Shown: positions 18,146 to 27,618 of the stretch, in pieces
Layout: the number at the start of each line of letters is the position of its first letter
Numbering within the stretch: the first letter of the stretch is position 1
DNA from: Candidatus Eiseniibacteriota bacterium
GTDB taxonomy: Bacteria > Eisenbacteria > RBG-16-71-46
DNA: 64,000 nt
NCBI GenBank assembly: GCA_044223005.1
Contig: JBGAML010000001.1
Span: forward strand, 192,001-256,000
Reading direction: 5' to 3'
Program-made: the position numbers and the translations under genes
The notes under the pieces: generated by a model
Database searches by the model: none
Told to the model about the DNA's origin: nothing
The model's input: only the letters and a program-made list of their open reading frames with translations

Positions 18146-19288
18146 GTGATCCCGCGCCGCATCGCCGCCCTCGCGCTCGCGATGCTCGCCTGCACCGCGA
18201 CGGCCCACGCCACGCCGCCGCCGACGCTCGCGGTCCGCGCCGATCTCGTGCTGCAGCGCTTCGACCTCGCGCGCGAGGACGGCGCACCCTCTCGCCTGCC
18301 GCTGCGCGGCGGGCTCGCGCGCGCGGTGGCGCAGCTGGACGCCGCGCCGGGGGCGCGCATCGCGTGGCGACTCGCGGTCGCCGCGACGCACCAGCCGCTC
18401 GCGCGTGGCGAGCCGGGCGATCCGGGCGCGATCCGCCACGGTGGACTCGCGGCCGATGTCGCGAGCGTCGAGCAGGCGTGGATCGGCGGCCGCGTCGCGA
18501 ACGGGCTCACCGTCCGCGCGGGCCTGCTCACCGTGCCGGTCGGCCCCGAGGCGGCTCCGGCGGCGATGCCCGACGGCGCGGGCGCCGTGCGCGACGAGCC
18601 CCGGCGGCGCGTGATCCCGTGGCCGTGGAGCGCGCTCGGCGCGGGCGCGAGCGGCGCGGCGCCCGCACATCTCGCGTGGACGCTCGCGGTCGCCGGCGGA
18701 CTCGATCCGCGCCGGCTCTCGGCCGACGCCGCGCTGCGCGACGCGCACGCGCCGCTCGCCCCGGGAGCGCTGGCGCATCCGGCGCTCGCGGCGCGCCTGG
18801 CGTGGCGCGCGCCGGACGCGACGGTCGACCGGATCGGCGGCTCGGCGGTCGCGACCGACGCGACGCACGCCGCGCTGCGCTGCCGCGTCACGCTGGCCGA
18901 GCTCGACGCGTGCGTGCAGGCAGGGCCGCTGCGCGGGCGCGGCCTGTACGCGATGGGCACGATCGGCTCGCACGCGGAGCTGGCGCGCGCGCTCGGCGTC
19001 GCAGGCACGAGCGACGCGCCGGGCAAGCGCTTCTTCGGCGGCTACGCCGAGGCCGCGTGGTCGCGCGGCGCGGTCGCGCCGTTCGTGCGCGCCGAGCTGA
19101 CCGACACGCAGGACGGCGTCGGCGCGATCGGCAGCGAGGATCCGTCCCGGCATCGCACCACCTGGATCGCGGGCGTAGACGTGCGGCCCCGCGCCGGAGT
19201 GCGGCTCGCGCTCGACCGCCAGTGGCGGCACGACGAGACGCGGACGCAGGTGCCGCTCTGGGAGGCGGCGCTGGTCCTGGCGCGTTGA
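18146..19288 (+). CDS. Highly diverged outer-membrane porin-like protein
   Basis: Signal peptide; VEQAW, RAGLLTVPVG, GGYAEAAW, PFVRAELTDTQ patterns seen in OprO/P-like porins; no terminal aromatic residue. Confidence 0.5.
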   Translation: MIPRRIAALALAMLACTATAHATPPPTLAVRADLVLQRFDLAREDGAPSRLPLRGGLARAVAQLDAAPGARIAWRLAVAATHQPLARGEPGDPGAIRHGGLAADVASVEQAWIGGRVANGLTVRAGLLTVPVGPEAAPAAMPDGAGAVRDEPRRRVIPWPWSALGAGASGAAPAHLAWTLAVAGGLDPRRLSADAALRDAHAPLAPGALAHPALAARLAWRAPDATVDRIGGSAVATDATHAALRCRVTLAELDACVQAGPLRGRGLYAMGTIGSHAELARALGVAGTSDAPGKRFFGGYAEAAWSRGAVAPFVRAELTDTQDGVGAIGSEDPSRHRTTWIAGVDVRPRAGVRLALDRQWRHDETRTQVPLWEAALVLAR

Positions 19289-19492
19289 GCGCGTGCGACG
19301 AGTGCGCGGCGACCGCCGCGGAGCGGGATGTCGGAACGGCGCGATCACCCGCGAGCGGCCACCCGCGCGATCCCGTACGGACGGCCCCGGGGGGCGTGTG
19401 ACGTGAAGTTCCGGTGAGGTCCGCGCGCGTTCACATTCGCGCGCGCGGCGCGTACTGGCGGCATCCACCGGCCGTCGGACCCCGGAGGTTGC

Positions 19493-19906
19493 ATGCACGC
19501 TCTTCGCCTCATCGCCGCGATCGCGGCACTCGTCGCGCTCGTCGCGCTCGTCTCCTGCTCCAAGTCGGGCGGCTCGTCCGGTGGAGGAACGCCCACCGGA
19601 CCCGGCATCGGCTCGGGCCCCAGCTTCAACTTCACCTTCCCCGCCACCGGTTCGTCGTCGAGCTTCACCTTCTCGGATTCCGGGACGTGGGCCTATCACT
19701 GCACGCCGCACCAGTCGGTGGGCATGACGGGCACGGTCGTGGTGTCCGCCGCCGGCGCCGACTCGGACACCGTCGCGGTCGGCGTGGGTGCGGGCGGTGC
19801 CAACGCGTTCGCCTTCAAGCCGGCCACCGTGACGATCAAGCCCGGCGGCCACGTGCGCTGGATCAACCGCAGCACCATGGTGAACCACAGCGTGACGCGG
19901 CCCTGA
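19493..19906 (+). CDS. Cupredoxin (plastocyanin/azurin-like) lipoprotein, circularly permuted
   Basis: Lipobox LVSC; YHCTPHQSVGMTG precedes AFKPATVTIKPG...WIN...HSVT; SD GGAGG. Confidence 0.8.
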   Translation: MHALRLIAAIAALVALVALVSCSKSGGSSGGGTPTGPGIGSGPSFNFTFPATGSSSSFTFSDSGTWAYHCTPHQSVGMTGTVVVSAAGADSDTVAVGVGAGGANAFAFKPATVTIKPGGHVRWINRSTMVNHSVTRP

Positions 19907-20086
19907 CAGCACGGCGCGGCGTGCGCGACGCGTGTGGCGCCTGCGCCACAGCGTTCGCGGCCCCCGGCGTCGCGCCCTCTTCTACGTAACCCCCTGATCG
20001 GGACGAGGATGGCGCCGTGCCGCGCGAGTGGCACGGCGCCTGCTCATGTACTCCGTCGAAGCTCGATCCCACGACGGAGGTCCATC

Positions 20087-20623
20087 ATGATCCGCAATGC
20101 GACGCTGAACCGCTGGATGCTCGCCACGACGACGATCGCGGCCCTTTCGCTGACGCTGGCGCCCCTCGCGCAGGCGTATCCGGGCGGCCGGCACGGGGAG
20201 CATCGCGGCCACGCCCGCTGGGGGCGTCCGTGGGGCGTCACGGTCGTGCACGAGCACCGGGGCGGCGCGGGTCCCGCGCTCGCGGGCCTGATCGGCGGCT
20301 TCGTGCTCGGCGCCGCGATGGCGCAGTCGCATCCGGTCGTCGTGCACGAGCGCGTCTACTCGAGCGGCCCCGTGTACCGCGGGAACGAGTGCCGCCGCGA
20401 CGACGGCTATCGCGACGAGGCGCGCACGGTCGTGCGCTACCGCTACGAGGATCCGAACTCGGATCGCTGGTGGGACACGCTCGACGAGTGCCGTGACCCG
20501 CAGTACGGCTCGGACCTGCCGCGGGTGATCAACGTGGTGGAGATCTCGACCGGTCGCTGCGTCCGCACGATGTACTGGAAGCACGATCACTGGATCAGCG
20601 ACGACGACGGCTGGGACGACTGA
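20087..20623 (+). CDS. Secreted hypothetical protein (His/Gly-rich, glycine-zipper-like segment)
   Basis: SD GGAGG, signal peptide ending PLAQA, ALAGLIGGFVLGAA segment. Confidence 0.65.
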   Translation: MIRNATLNRWMLATTTIAALSLTLAPLAQAYPGGRHGEHRGHARWGRPWGVTVVHEHRGGAGPALAGLIGGFVLGAAMAQSHPVVVHERVYSSGPVYRGNECRRDDGYRDEARTVVRYRYEDPNSDRWWDTLDECRDPQYGSDLPRVINVVEISTGRCVRTMYWKHDHWISDDDGWDD

Positions 20624-20713
20624 CACGGTCGTCCCCACGATGTGGGGCCGCGGCGGTGGAGCTGGAACAACGGGGAGCGTCCAGGCTCGCACGGCGGACC
20701 CACACTAAACGGA

Positions 20714-20742
20714 CGGGGGCGGTGCCGATGGCACCGCCCCCG
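20714..20742. terminator. Hairpin between convergent genes
   Basis: cgggggcggtgcc-gat-ggcaccgcccccg, 13-bp stem. Confidence 0.7.
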
Positions 20743-20759
20743 CTCCCATTTCCGGCGGA

Positions 20760-22199
20760 TCAGGCCGCGAGCAGGTCGGAGGTGGCGACCTTGTGTTCCT
20801 CCGGCAGCAGCACCCGCAGCGCGTGGTCCGACTCGGGCATCGGGTCCCAGCGTTCCGGCTCGTCCTCGTTCGGGACGGTACCGTCCGGGCGGACGAGCAC
20901 GCGGCAGTGCGGGCGGGTGACATCGCGCGGGTTCGGCCCGGTCGAGAGGACGACGTGGCCCGACGCGGTCTGCAGCACGGTGCCGGCCGGGTAGAGGCCG
21001 ACGCTGCGGACGAGCGCCCAGAGCACGGCGGGATCGAAGTTCACGCGATTGGGCCCGAGCAGGATCTGCAGGCCCTCGAACGGCGTGCGCGGCCGCTTGT
21101 AGTACGACCGGTGCGCGGTGATCGCGTCGAAGCAGTCCGCCATCGCCACGATGCGCGACATGGTCGCCTGCCCCCACGGCACCGAGATCTCCGGGTAGCC
21201 CGTGGAGTTGTAGTTCATGTGGTGCTCGAGGCACGCCCGCATCGCATCGAGCATCACCGTCGAAAGCCCGGGCATGCGCGCGATCATGATCGCGCCCTCG
21301 ATCGGGTGCCGGTGCATCAGCGCCCACTCGCTCGCGTCGAGCGCGCCGGGCTTGCGCAGCACCTCGCCGGGGATGCGCATCTTGCCGAGATCGTGCAGCA
21401 GCCCCGCGACGCCCAGGTCGGCGAGCGCCTGCCGCGGCAGCCCGAGCTGCTGGCCCATCGAGATCGAGAGCACCGCGACGTTGACGCAGTGCGCGTACGT
21501 GTACTCGTCGTGGTCCTTGAGCGCGGTCAGGCCGACGATCGAGTACTCGTGCTTCATGATGTTGTCGACGATCGGCTGCACGAGACGCTTGGCCTGCCGC
21601 AGGTCGGGCCGGCCGTTCTGCTGCGTGCGCAGCACGATCTTCTTGGTGCCGAGCACGGCGCGCCAGAAGACGCGGCGCGCACGGGCACGTTCGCCCTGGG
21701 GCGTCGGCTTGTCGTCGAGCTCGCGCGCGAGGTCGTCGGCGTCGAGGTCGCTCGCGGGCACCACGACCACGCCCGCGATCGCGGCTTCCGCGACCATGTC
21801 CGGCAGCCGCTCGGCGAGCGACGCGTCGTCGGCCGCCATGAAGATCTGGAAGAAGCGCTCGATCTCGGGCTCGCTCAGGCCGGGCAGGAACCGCAGGCCG
21901 CCCACCTGCCGGCGCTCGAAGTCGGCCATCACGGCGTGGTAGGCGCCGAGCAGGCTGGTGTGCGCCTTGATTCGGACGCCGTTCAGGTACAGGTAGTCCG
22001 CGACGACGACGAGCGCGACCTCGTCCTCCTCGGCGAAGATCCGGCGGAGAAGCGCGACGAACTCGTTCTGCTGGCGCTGGAACGCCTGGTTGGAGACGTC
22101 GTAGGTGCGCGCGGTGCGCATGAGCGCCGACAGCCGCAGCACCAGCGCCTCGCCGACGGCGGCGAGCTGGTTCTCCGGGTTCTGGAGCGGCTCGCTCAC
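20760..22199 (-). CDS. HD-GYP domain cyclic-dinucleotide phosphodiesterase
   Basis: HDEYTYAHCVNV, LLHDLGK, HH...GYP, ADCFDAITAHRSY; GTG start overlaps the upstream stop. Confidence 0.9.
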   Translation of the reverse strand: MSEPLQNPENQLAAVGEALVLRLSALMRTARTYDVSNQAFQRQQNEFVALLRRIFAEEDEVALVVVADYLYLNGVRIKAHTSLLGAYHAVMADFERRQVGGLRFLPGLSEPEIERFFQIFMAADDASLAERLPDMVAEAAIAGVVVVPASDLDADDLARELDDKPTPQGERARARRVFWRAVLGTKKIVLRTQQNGRPDLRQAKRLVQPIVDNIMKHEYSIVGLTALKDHDEYTYAHCVNVAVLSISMGQQLGLPRQALADLGVAGLLHDLGKMRIPGEVLRKPGALDASEWALMHRHPIEGAIMIARMPGLSTVMLDAMRACLEHHMNYNSTGYPEISVPWGQATMSRIVAMADCFDAITAHRSYYKRPRTPFEGLQILLGPNRVNFDPAVLWALVRSVGLYPAGTVLQTASGHVVLSTGPNPRDVTRPHCRVLVRPDGTVPNEDEPERWDPMPESDHALRVLLPEEHKVATSDLLAA

Positions 22200-23995
22200 G
22201 CGGCCTCCTTCTGCGAGCCGCCGAGCGCCATCAGCGACGCCTGGCGGACGGGTGCACGCTTGGACTGGGCGCCCCGCTCGAGCACCGCGCGCGACGCCGG
22301 CGTCCCGATGCGGGCGAGGATGCGGGCGATGTTGTGGCGGTGGAGCTCCTGCTCGCGATCGAACCAGTTGCCCTTGAACAGCTCGGCCTCGAGGTCCGGC
22401 ACGATCTCGTCGCCGCCGACGCTCGCGAGCGCGGCGTAGATGGCCCGGCGTTCCTCCGGCGGGCGCGTGGCGAACCGCTCCTGCTGCAGGAACGCGTAGA
22501 CGAAGCGCGCCGTCGCCGCATCGCGCGCGCCGGAGAGCTGCGACAGGATCTGGCAGAAGAGCCGCGTGTCCGCGCCCTCGATCGCGCGCACCAGCAGCGG
22601 CCGCGCCTGGCGCAGCTCCACCCGGGACAGCGACGCGACGACCTGCGCGCGCACCCGCGGGTCGGTGTGACGCAGCGCGGCCTGCAGCAGCGGCGCAACC
22701 TCGGCGCCGCCGATCCAGCCGAGGATGTGCACGATGTTGCGGACGACGTACCAGCGGCCGTCGGACAGCCATGGCGCGAGCCGTTCCGGGCGCTCCTTGC
22801 AGGTCTGCGCGATGGATTCCGCGAGGACACGGCGCACGTCGCGCTGCTGGCTCTCGGCGAGCACGAGCGTCATCCAGTCCACACCGGCGTCGCCGAGTTC
22901 GCCCGCCATCGCGAGGAACGCGCCGAGTCCCGTCGGGTCCTGCGCGTCCAGCCGCTCGACGACACGGGCGATCGAGACCGGCTGCAGGATTTCCTGCAGC
23001 AGCGTCTCCTCGCTCCACGTGCCGGCGCCGCGTTCGCGCAGCATGCGCAGCGCGTCGCGCGCGTCGAGCCAGGCGCCGACTCCGAGCGCCGCGCGCAGCA
23101 CGCGGGGCAGGAACAGCGTCATCTCGGCGCGGTCCTCGTCGTTGGCCTGCGCCGAGAGGCACGCCGAGGCGATCGCGAGCGCGGCGGCGACGGGCGACAC
23201 CAGGTGCTCCTCGGTGAACTCGCGCCGGAAGCGCGCGGTCTCGACGGCCGCGAGGGTATCGAGTTCGACGAAGCTCGCCTCGACCTCGACCGTGAGGTCG
23301 CCGAGCATCCAATCCTCCGACCGCCCGGGCGCCGGAATCGCGCCGGCCGGCGTATCCGGGGGCGCATCCGCCGTACCGGGGACGTCGAGTCCCGGCGTGG
23401 CGTTCGCCGCGTCGCCGGTCGCGGCGCTCTCGGGGCCCTCCGCACCGGGCCACGGCAGGAACGTGCCTTCGCCCGGAGGCGCGGGCGCGGCACCGGAGCC
23501 ACCGACGTCGCCCTCGGCGGGAATGAAGTCGATGTCGACGTGTCGGAGATCCGCTTCCCAGAGCAGCGTGACGAGGTCGTTCTCGTCGAGGTGCTGGCCG
23601 GTCACGGCGAGCACCGAGTCGAGCAGCGTCTCGACTTCGGACGAGGTGACGCCGGGGTGGAGCGTGATCGCGCGCACGCCGTCGCGATGGAACGGGTAGG
23701 CGAGGTTGTCGTCGCGCGAGCGGGCCGGGTAGAGCGAGACGCCGTCGCAGGTGACGTCGTTCGCGGCGAAGCGAACGGTCACGGAGCCGTGCTCCTGGAC
23801 GAGCCGCGCGGTCGCCTGCTGGAACTCGTCCCGGAACCGCAGCACGGCCGGGTTCATCGGGTCGTAGAGCCGGCAGGTCTTCAGGGTGCGCGCGAACTGG
23901 GCGACCCACGCCCCCGCCGCGCGGACCACCACGTCCGCAACGGTGCGTTCGGGAGTCGCATCGCCCGGTCGGGCCGTGCGCTCGCGGTTGTTCAT
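22196..23995 (-). CDS. HEAT-repeat-containing protein
   Basis: N-terminal RLYDPMNP domain; C-terminal repeats (DGRWYVVRNIVHILG, HTDPRVRAQVVASL). Confidence 0.8.
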   Translation of the reverse strand: MNNRERTARPGDATPERTVADVVVRAAGAWVAQFARTLKTCRLYDPMNPAVLRFRDEFQQATARLVQEHGSVTVRFAANDVTCDGVSLYPARSRDDNLAYPFHRDGVRAITLHPGVTSSEVETLLDSVLAVTGQHLDENDLVTLLWEADLRHVDIDFIPAEGDVGGSGAAPAPPGEGTFLPWPGAEGPESAATGDAANATPGLDVPGTADAPPDTPAGAIPAPGRSEDWMLGDLTVEVEASFVELDTLAAVETARFRREFTEEHLVSPVAAALAIASACLSAQANDEDRAEMTLFLPRVLRAALGVGAWLDARDALRMLRERGAGTWSEETLLQEILQPVSIARVVERLDAQDPTGLGAFLAMAGELGDAGVDWMTLVLAESQQRDVRRVLAESIAQTCKERPERLAPWLSDGRWYVVRNIVHILGWIGGAEVAPLLQAALRHTDPRVRAQVVASLSRVELRQARPLLVRAIEGADTRLFCQILSQLSGARDAATARFVYAFLQQERFATRPPEERRAIYAALASVGGDEIVPDLEAELFKGNWFDREQELHRHNIARILARIGTPASRAVLERGAQSKRAPVRQASLMALGGSQKEAA

Positions 23996-24272
23996 CGTCG
24001 GTTCAGGGCTCCTCGCCGTTCGAAGGTCGGGGCAAGTCCCCCACGGTATCGGCGCGGGAGGCCCCGCTCTTGAGCCCGTCGAGCGCCGCAACTGCATGCG
24101 GTCCCTCGCCGTAGCACTCGGAGCATGGCCGCTCGCGCACACCGCGCCCGGCGACCGCTGTGCCGCGCTGGGACGCGTGCGCTTGAACCCCGCGCGAACC
24201 GGCCAGCAGAGTGCCTCGTTCGCCACCCCGGGGGAGCTCCCGCTCCCCTTCCCCGACGGAGGATCTCCCGCC

Positions 24273-27200
24273 ATGACTCGCCTGCCGATCGCCGCAGCGC
24301 TCTTCGCGCTCGTGGCCGTCGTCGCACCTGCCGCCGCACTCGAGGAGTGCCGCCTGATGCGCATGCCCGACATCCAGGGCGACCGCATCGTCTTCGCCTA
24401 CGCCGGCGACCTCTGGACCGTCGCCCGCACGGGCGGCGCCGCCACGCGCATCACCACGCACGACGGCCAGGAGGTGTTCCCGAAGTTCTCGCCCGACGGC
24501 CGGACCATCGCGTTCACCGCGCAGTACGACGGCAACGCGGATGCGTACACGATTCCCGCCGAGGGCGGTGAGCCGAAGCGGCTCACGTACCACCCCGGCA
24601 ACGACGCCGTCGCCGAATGGTATCCGGACGGCCAGAGCATCCTCGTCCGCTCCGCGCGCGCGTCGTCGATCCAGCGCTACGACCGGTTCTTCAAGGTGCC
24701 GGCGGCCGGAGGCTTCGAACAGCTGCTCCCGTTGCCCACCGCGGGCTACTCCAGCCTGTCGGCGGACGCGAACCTGATCGCGTACGTCAGCCCGAGCTAC
24801 GACAACCGCACCTGGAAGCACTACCGCGGCGGCAACGCGCCCAACATCTGGGTGTACGATTTCGCGAAGAACTCCTCGGAGTGCATCACGAAGGACTGGG
24901 CCGGCCCGGACGAGTGGCCGATGTTCCACGGCCGCACGATCTACTACTGCTCGGACCGCGGCGGCAACCGCGCCAATCTCTGGGCGTACGACCTCGACAA
25001 GAAGACGCAGCGCCAGGTGACGCAGTTCACCGACTACGACGTGAAGTGGCCGAGCATCGGCGGTGACGCGATCGTGTTCGAGAACGGCGGCTGGCTGTGG
25101 GTGATGGACCTGCCGTCCGAGAAGGCGACGCGGCTGTCCGTCCTCGTGCCCGACGACAAGCCGGCGATGCGCGCGGAGTTCCGCAACGTCTCCGACCACC
25201 TGAACGGCCTCGACCTCTCGCCGTCCGCCAGGCGCGTGATCGCCGAGGCGCGGGGCGACCTGTTCAGCGTCCCGGCCGAGAAGGGCGAAGTGCGCAACCT
25301 GACGTCCACGCCCGGAGCGCGCGAGCGTGATCCCGCGTGGTCGCCCGACGGCAAGTGGATCGCGTACCTGAGCGACGCCACGGGCGAGTACCAGGTCTGG
25401 GTCGTGGGCGCCGACGGCAAGACCCCGGCACGGCAGGTCACGAAGGAAGGCGCGACGTTCCGGTATCCGCCACGCTGGTCGCCGGATTCGAAGAAGGTCG
25501 CGTTCTCGGACAAGACGAACCGCGTCTACGTCGCGGACATCGCGACCGGAGCGATCACGACGCTGTTCCACAACGACTACGGCGAGATCCGCGACTACAC
25601 GTGGTCGGGCGACTCGAAGTGGGTCGCGTTCTCCGCGACGAACGCGTCCGGGTTCTCGTCGATCCACCTCTGGTCGGCGGCGACGAACAGCCAGACGCAG
25701 GTGACCGACGGCCTCACGGACGACTTCTCGCCGGCGTTCGACCCGGACGGCCGCTGGCTGTTCTTCGTCTCGCGCCGCACCTTCAATCCCGAGTTCGGCG
25801 CGTTCGAGCTCGACATGCGCTACGGCGCGACGGACAAGGTGTACGCACTCGCGCTGCAGGACACGACGGCCTCGCCCGTCGCGCCGCAGAGCGACGAGGA
25901 GTCCGCGGACGACGCCGGCAAGGGCGGCGCGGACAAGGGTGACGGCGACAAGGGCGGCAAAGCGGGCAAGGGCGCGAAGGCGGCCGAGCCCGCGATGCGC
26001 GTCGATCTCGCCGGGCTGGGCCGCCGGGCGGCCGAGATCCCGGTCGATGCGGGCCGCTACACGATGCTGTCCGCGACGAAGGGCAAGGTCGTGTGGATGG
26101 CGCTGGACGACACGCCGGACGAGAACGGCCAGAGCCCGATGAGCCTGCACTTCTTCGATCTCGACAAGCGCGAGGACAAGACGGTGCTGTCGGGCATCGA
26201 TCCCTTCTACGCGCTCTCGCGCGACGGCGGGAAGGTGCTGTATCGCAAGGACGGTACCGTCGGGATCACCGACCTGGGCGAGGGCAAGAAGGTCGGCGAC
26301 GGCAAGGTCGACACCGGTTCGCTCATGGCGTTCGTGGATCCGAAGCTCGAGGCGAAGCAGATGTTCGACGAGGCGTGGCGGCTCGAGCGCGACTTCTACT
26401 ACGACCCGGGCATGGGCGGCCTCGACTGGAAGGCCGTCGGTGACCGTTACCGCCAGCTCGTGCCGTACGTCGGCCATCGCGCCGACCTCAACTACATCCT
26501 CGGCGAACTGATCGGCGAACTCGGCACGTCGCACACGTACGTGGGCGGCGGTGACCTGCCGAAGGTCGCGCGCACGAGCGTCGGCCTGCTCGGCGTGGAC
26601 TGGTCGCTCGACGCGGCGTCGGGCCGCTACCGCTTCCAGAAGGTCTATCGCGAGCGCGACTGGAACTCGGCCGTGCACGCGCCGCTCGGCGAGCCGGGCA
26701 TCGCGGTCAAGGACGGCGACTTCCTGCTCGCGGTGAACGGCCGTCCCGTACGCGCGCCCGAGAACGTGTACGCCGCCTTCACCGGCACGGCGGACCAGCT
26801 CACGTCGATCCAGGTGGGCTCGTCGGCGAACGACCCGAAGCCGCGCACGTTCGTCGTGAAGCCGATCGGCAGCGAGGCGACCCTGCGCTACGTCGACTGG
26901 GTCGCGGCGAACCGCGCGAAGGTCGATGCCGCGACGGGCGGCCGGATCGCGTACATCCACGTGCCCAACACCGCGATCCAGGGCATGCAGGAGTTCGCGA
27001 AGGGCTACTTCCCGCAGGTGGATCGCCAGGGCATCATCGTCGACGAGCGCTTCAACGGCGGCGGGTTCATCCCCGACTTCTTCGTCGAGCGGCTCGAGCG
27101 CAAGACCTGGGTCTACTGGTCGCAGCGCGACGGCAAGGGGATCCGCACACCGGGGCAGGCGATCGACGGTCCCAAGTGCATCCTCGCGAACGAGTACGCC

Positions 27201-27545
27201 GGCAGCGGCGGCGACGCGTTCCCGTTCTTCTTCCGCATGCGCGGCCTCGGCCCGGTGATCGGCAAGCGCACGTGGGGCGGCCTGGTCGGCATCAGCCACG
27301 ACCTGCCGCTCGTGGACGGTGGCGCGGTGACGATGCCGGACTTCGGCATGTACTCGACCAAGGGCGAGTGGCTGGTCGAGAACCACGGCGTGGACCCCGA
27401 CTTCGAGGTGGAGAACACGCCGGAGTCGATGATCAATGGCCACGACCTGCAGCTCGAACGGGCGATCCAGTACGAGCTCGACGAACTGGCGAAGAACCCG
27501 GTCGTGCGGCCCGATCACCCGCCGTACAAGGTGCAGGCGAAGTAG
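24273..27545 (+). CDS. Tricorn-like S41 protease with signal peptide
   Basis: PD40/beta-propeller repeats, PDZ, GYI(H)-like region, DERFNGGG, catalytic GSGGD, GKRTWGG, ENHGVDPD. Confidence 0.93.
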   Translation: MTRLPIAAALFALVAVVAPAAALEECRLMRMPDIQGDRIVFAYAGDLWTVARTGGAATRITTHDGQEVFPKFSPDGRTIAFTAQYDGNADAYTIPAEGGEPKRLTYHPGNDAVAEWYPDGQSILVRSARASSIQRYDRFFKVPAAGGFEQLLPLPTAGYSSLSADANLIAYVSPSYDNRTWKHYRGGNAPNIWVYDFAKNSSECITKDWAGPDEWPMFHGRTIYYCSDRGGNRANLWAYDLDKKTQRQVTQFTDYDVKWPSIGGDAIVFENGGWLWVMDLPSEKATRLSVLVPDDKPAMRAEFRNVSDHLNGLDLSPSARRVIAEARGDLFSVPAEKGEVRNLTSTPGARERDPAWSPDGKWIAYLSDATGEYQVWVVGADGKTPARQVTKEGATFRYPPRWSPDSKKVAFSDKTNRVYVADIATGAITTLFHNDYGEIRDYTWSGDSKWVAFSATNASGFSSIHLWSAATNSQTQVTDGLTDDFSPAFDPDGRWLFFVSRRTFNPEFGAFELDMRYGATDKVYALALQDTTASPVAPQSDEESADDAGKGGADKGDGDKGGKAGKGAKAAEPAMRVDLAGLGRRAAEIPVDAGRYTMLSATKGKVVWMALDDTPDENGQSPMSLHFFDLDKREDKTVLSGIDPFYALSRDGGKVLYRKDGTVGITDLGEGKKVGDGKVDTGSLMAFVDPKLEAKQMFDEAWRLERDFYYDPGMGGLDWKAVGDRYRQLVPYVGHRADLNYILGELIGELGTSHTYVGGGDLPKVARTSVGLLGVDWSLDAASGRYRFQKVYRERDWNSAVHAPLGEPGIAVKDGDFLLAVNGRPVRAPENVYAAFTGTADQLTSIQVGSSANDPKPRTFVVKPIGSEATLRYVDWVAANRAKVDAATGGRIAYIHVPNTAIQGMQEFAKGYFPQVDRQGIIVDERFNGGGFIPDFFVERLERKTWVYWSQRDGKGIRTPGQAIDGPKCILANEYAGSGGDAFPFFFRMRGLGPVIGKRTWGGLVGISHDLPLVDGGAVTMPDFGMYSTKGEWLVENHGVDPDFEVENTPESMINGHDLQLERAIQYELDELAKNPVVRPDHPPYKVQAK

Positions 27546-27564
27546 CGCGACCCGGCCGAACGCG

Positions 27565-27596
27565 CGGCGGGCCGCCCCGATCGGGGCGGCCCGCCG
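27565..27596 (+). terminator. Rho-independent terminator (perfect 32-bp palindrome followed by T-rich tract)
   Basis: cggcgggccgccccga|tcggggcggcccgccg then tttcgtttc. Confidence 0.8.
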
Positions 27597-27618
27597 TTTC
27601 GTTTCCGTTCGCGTGCGC

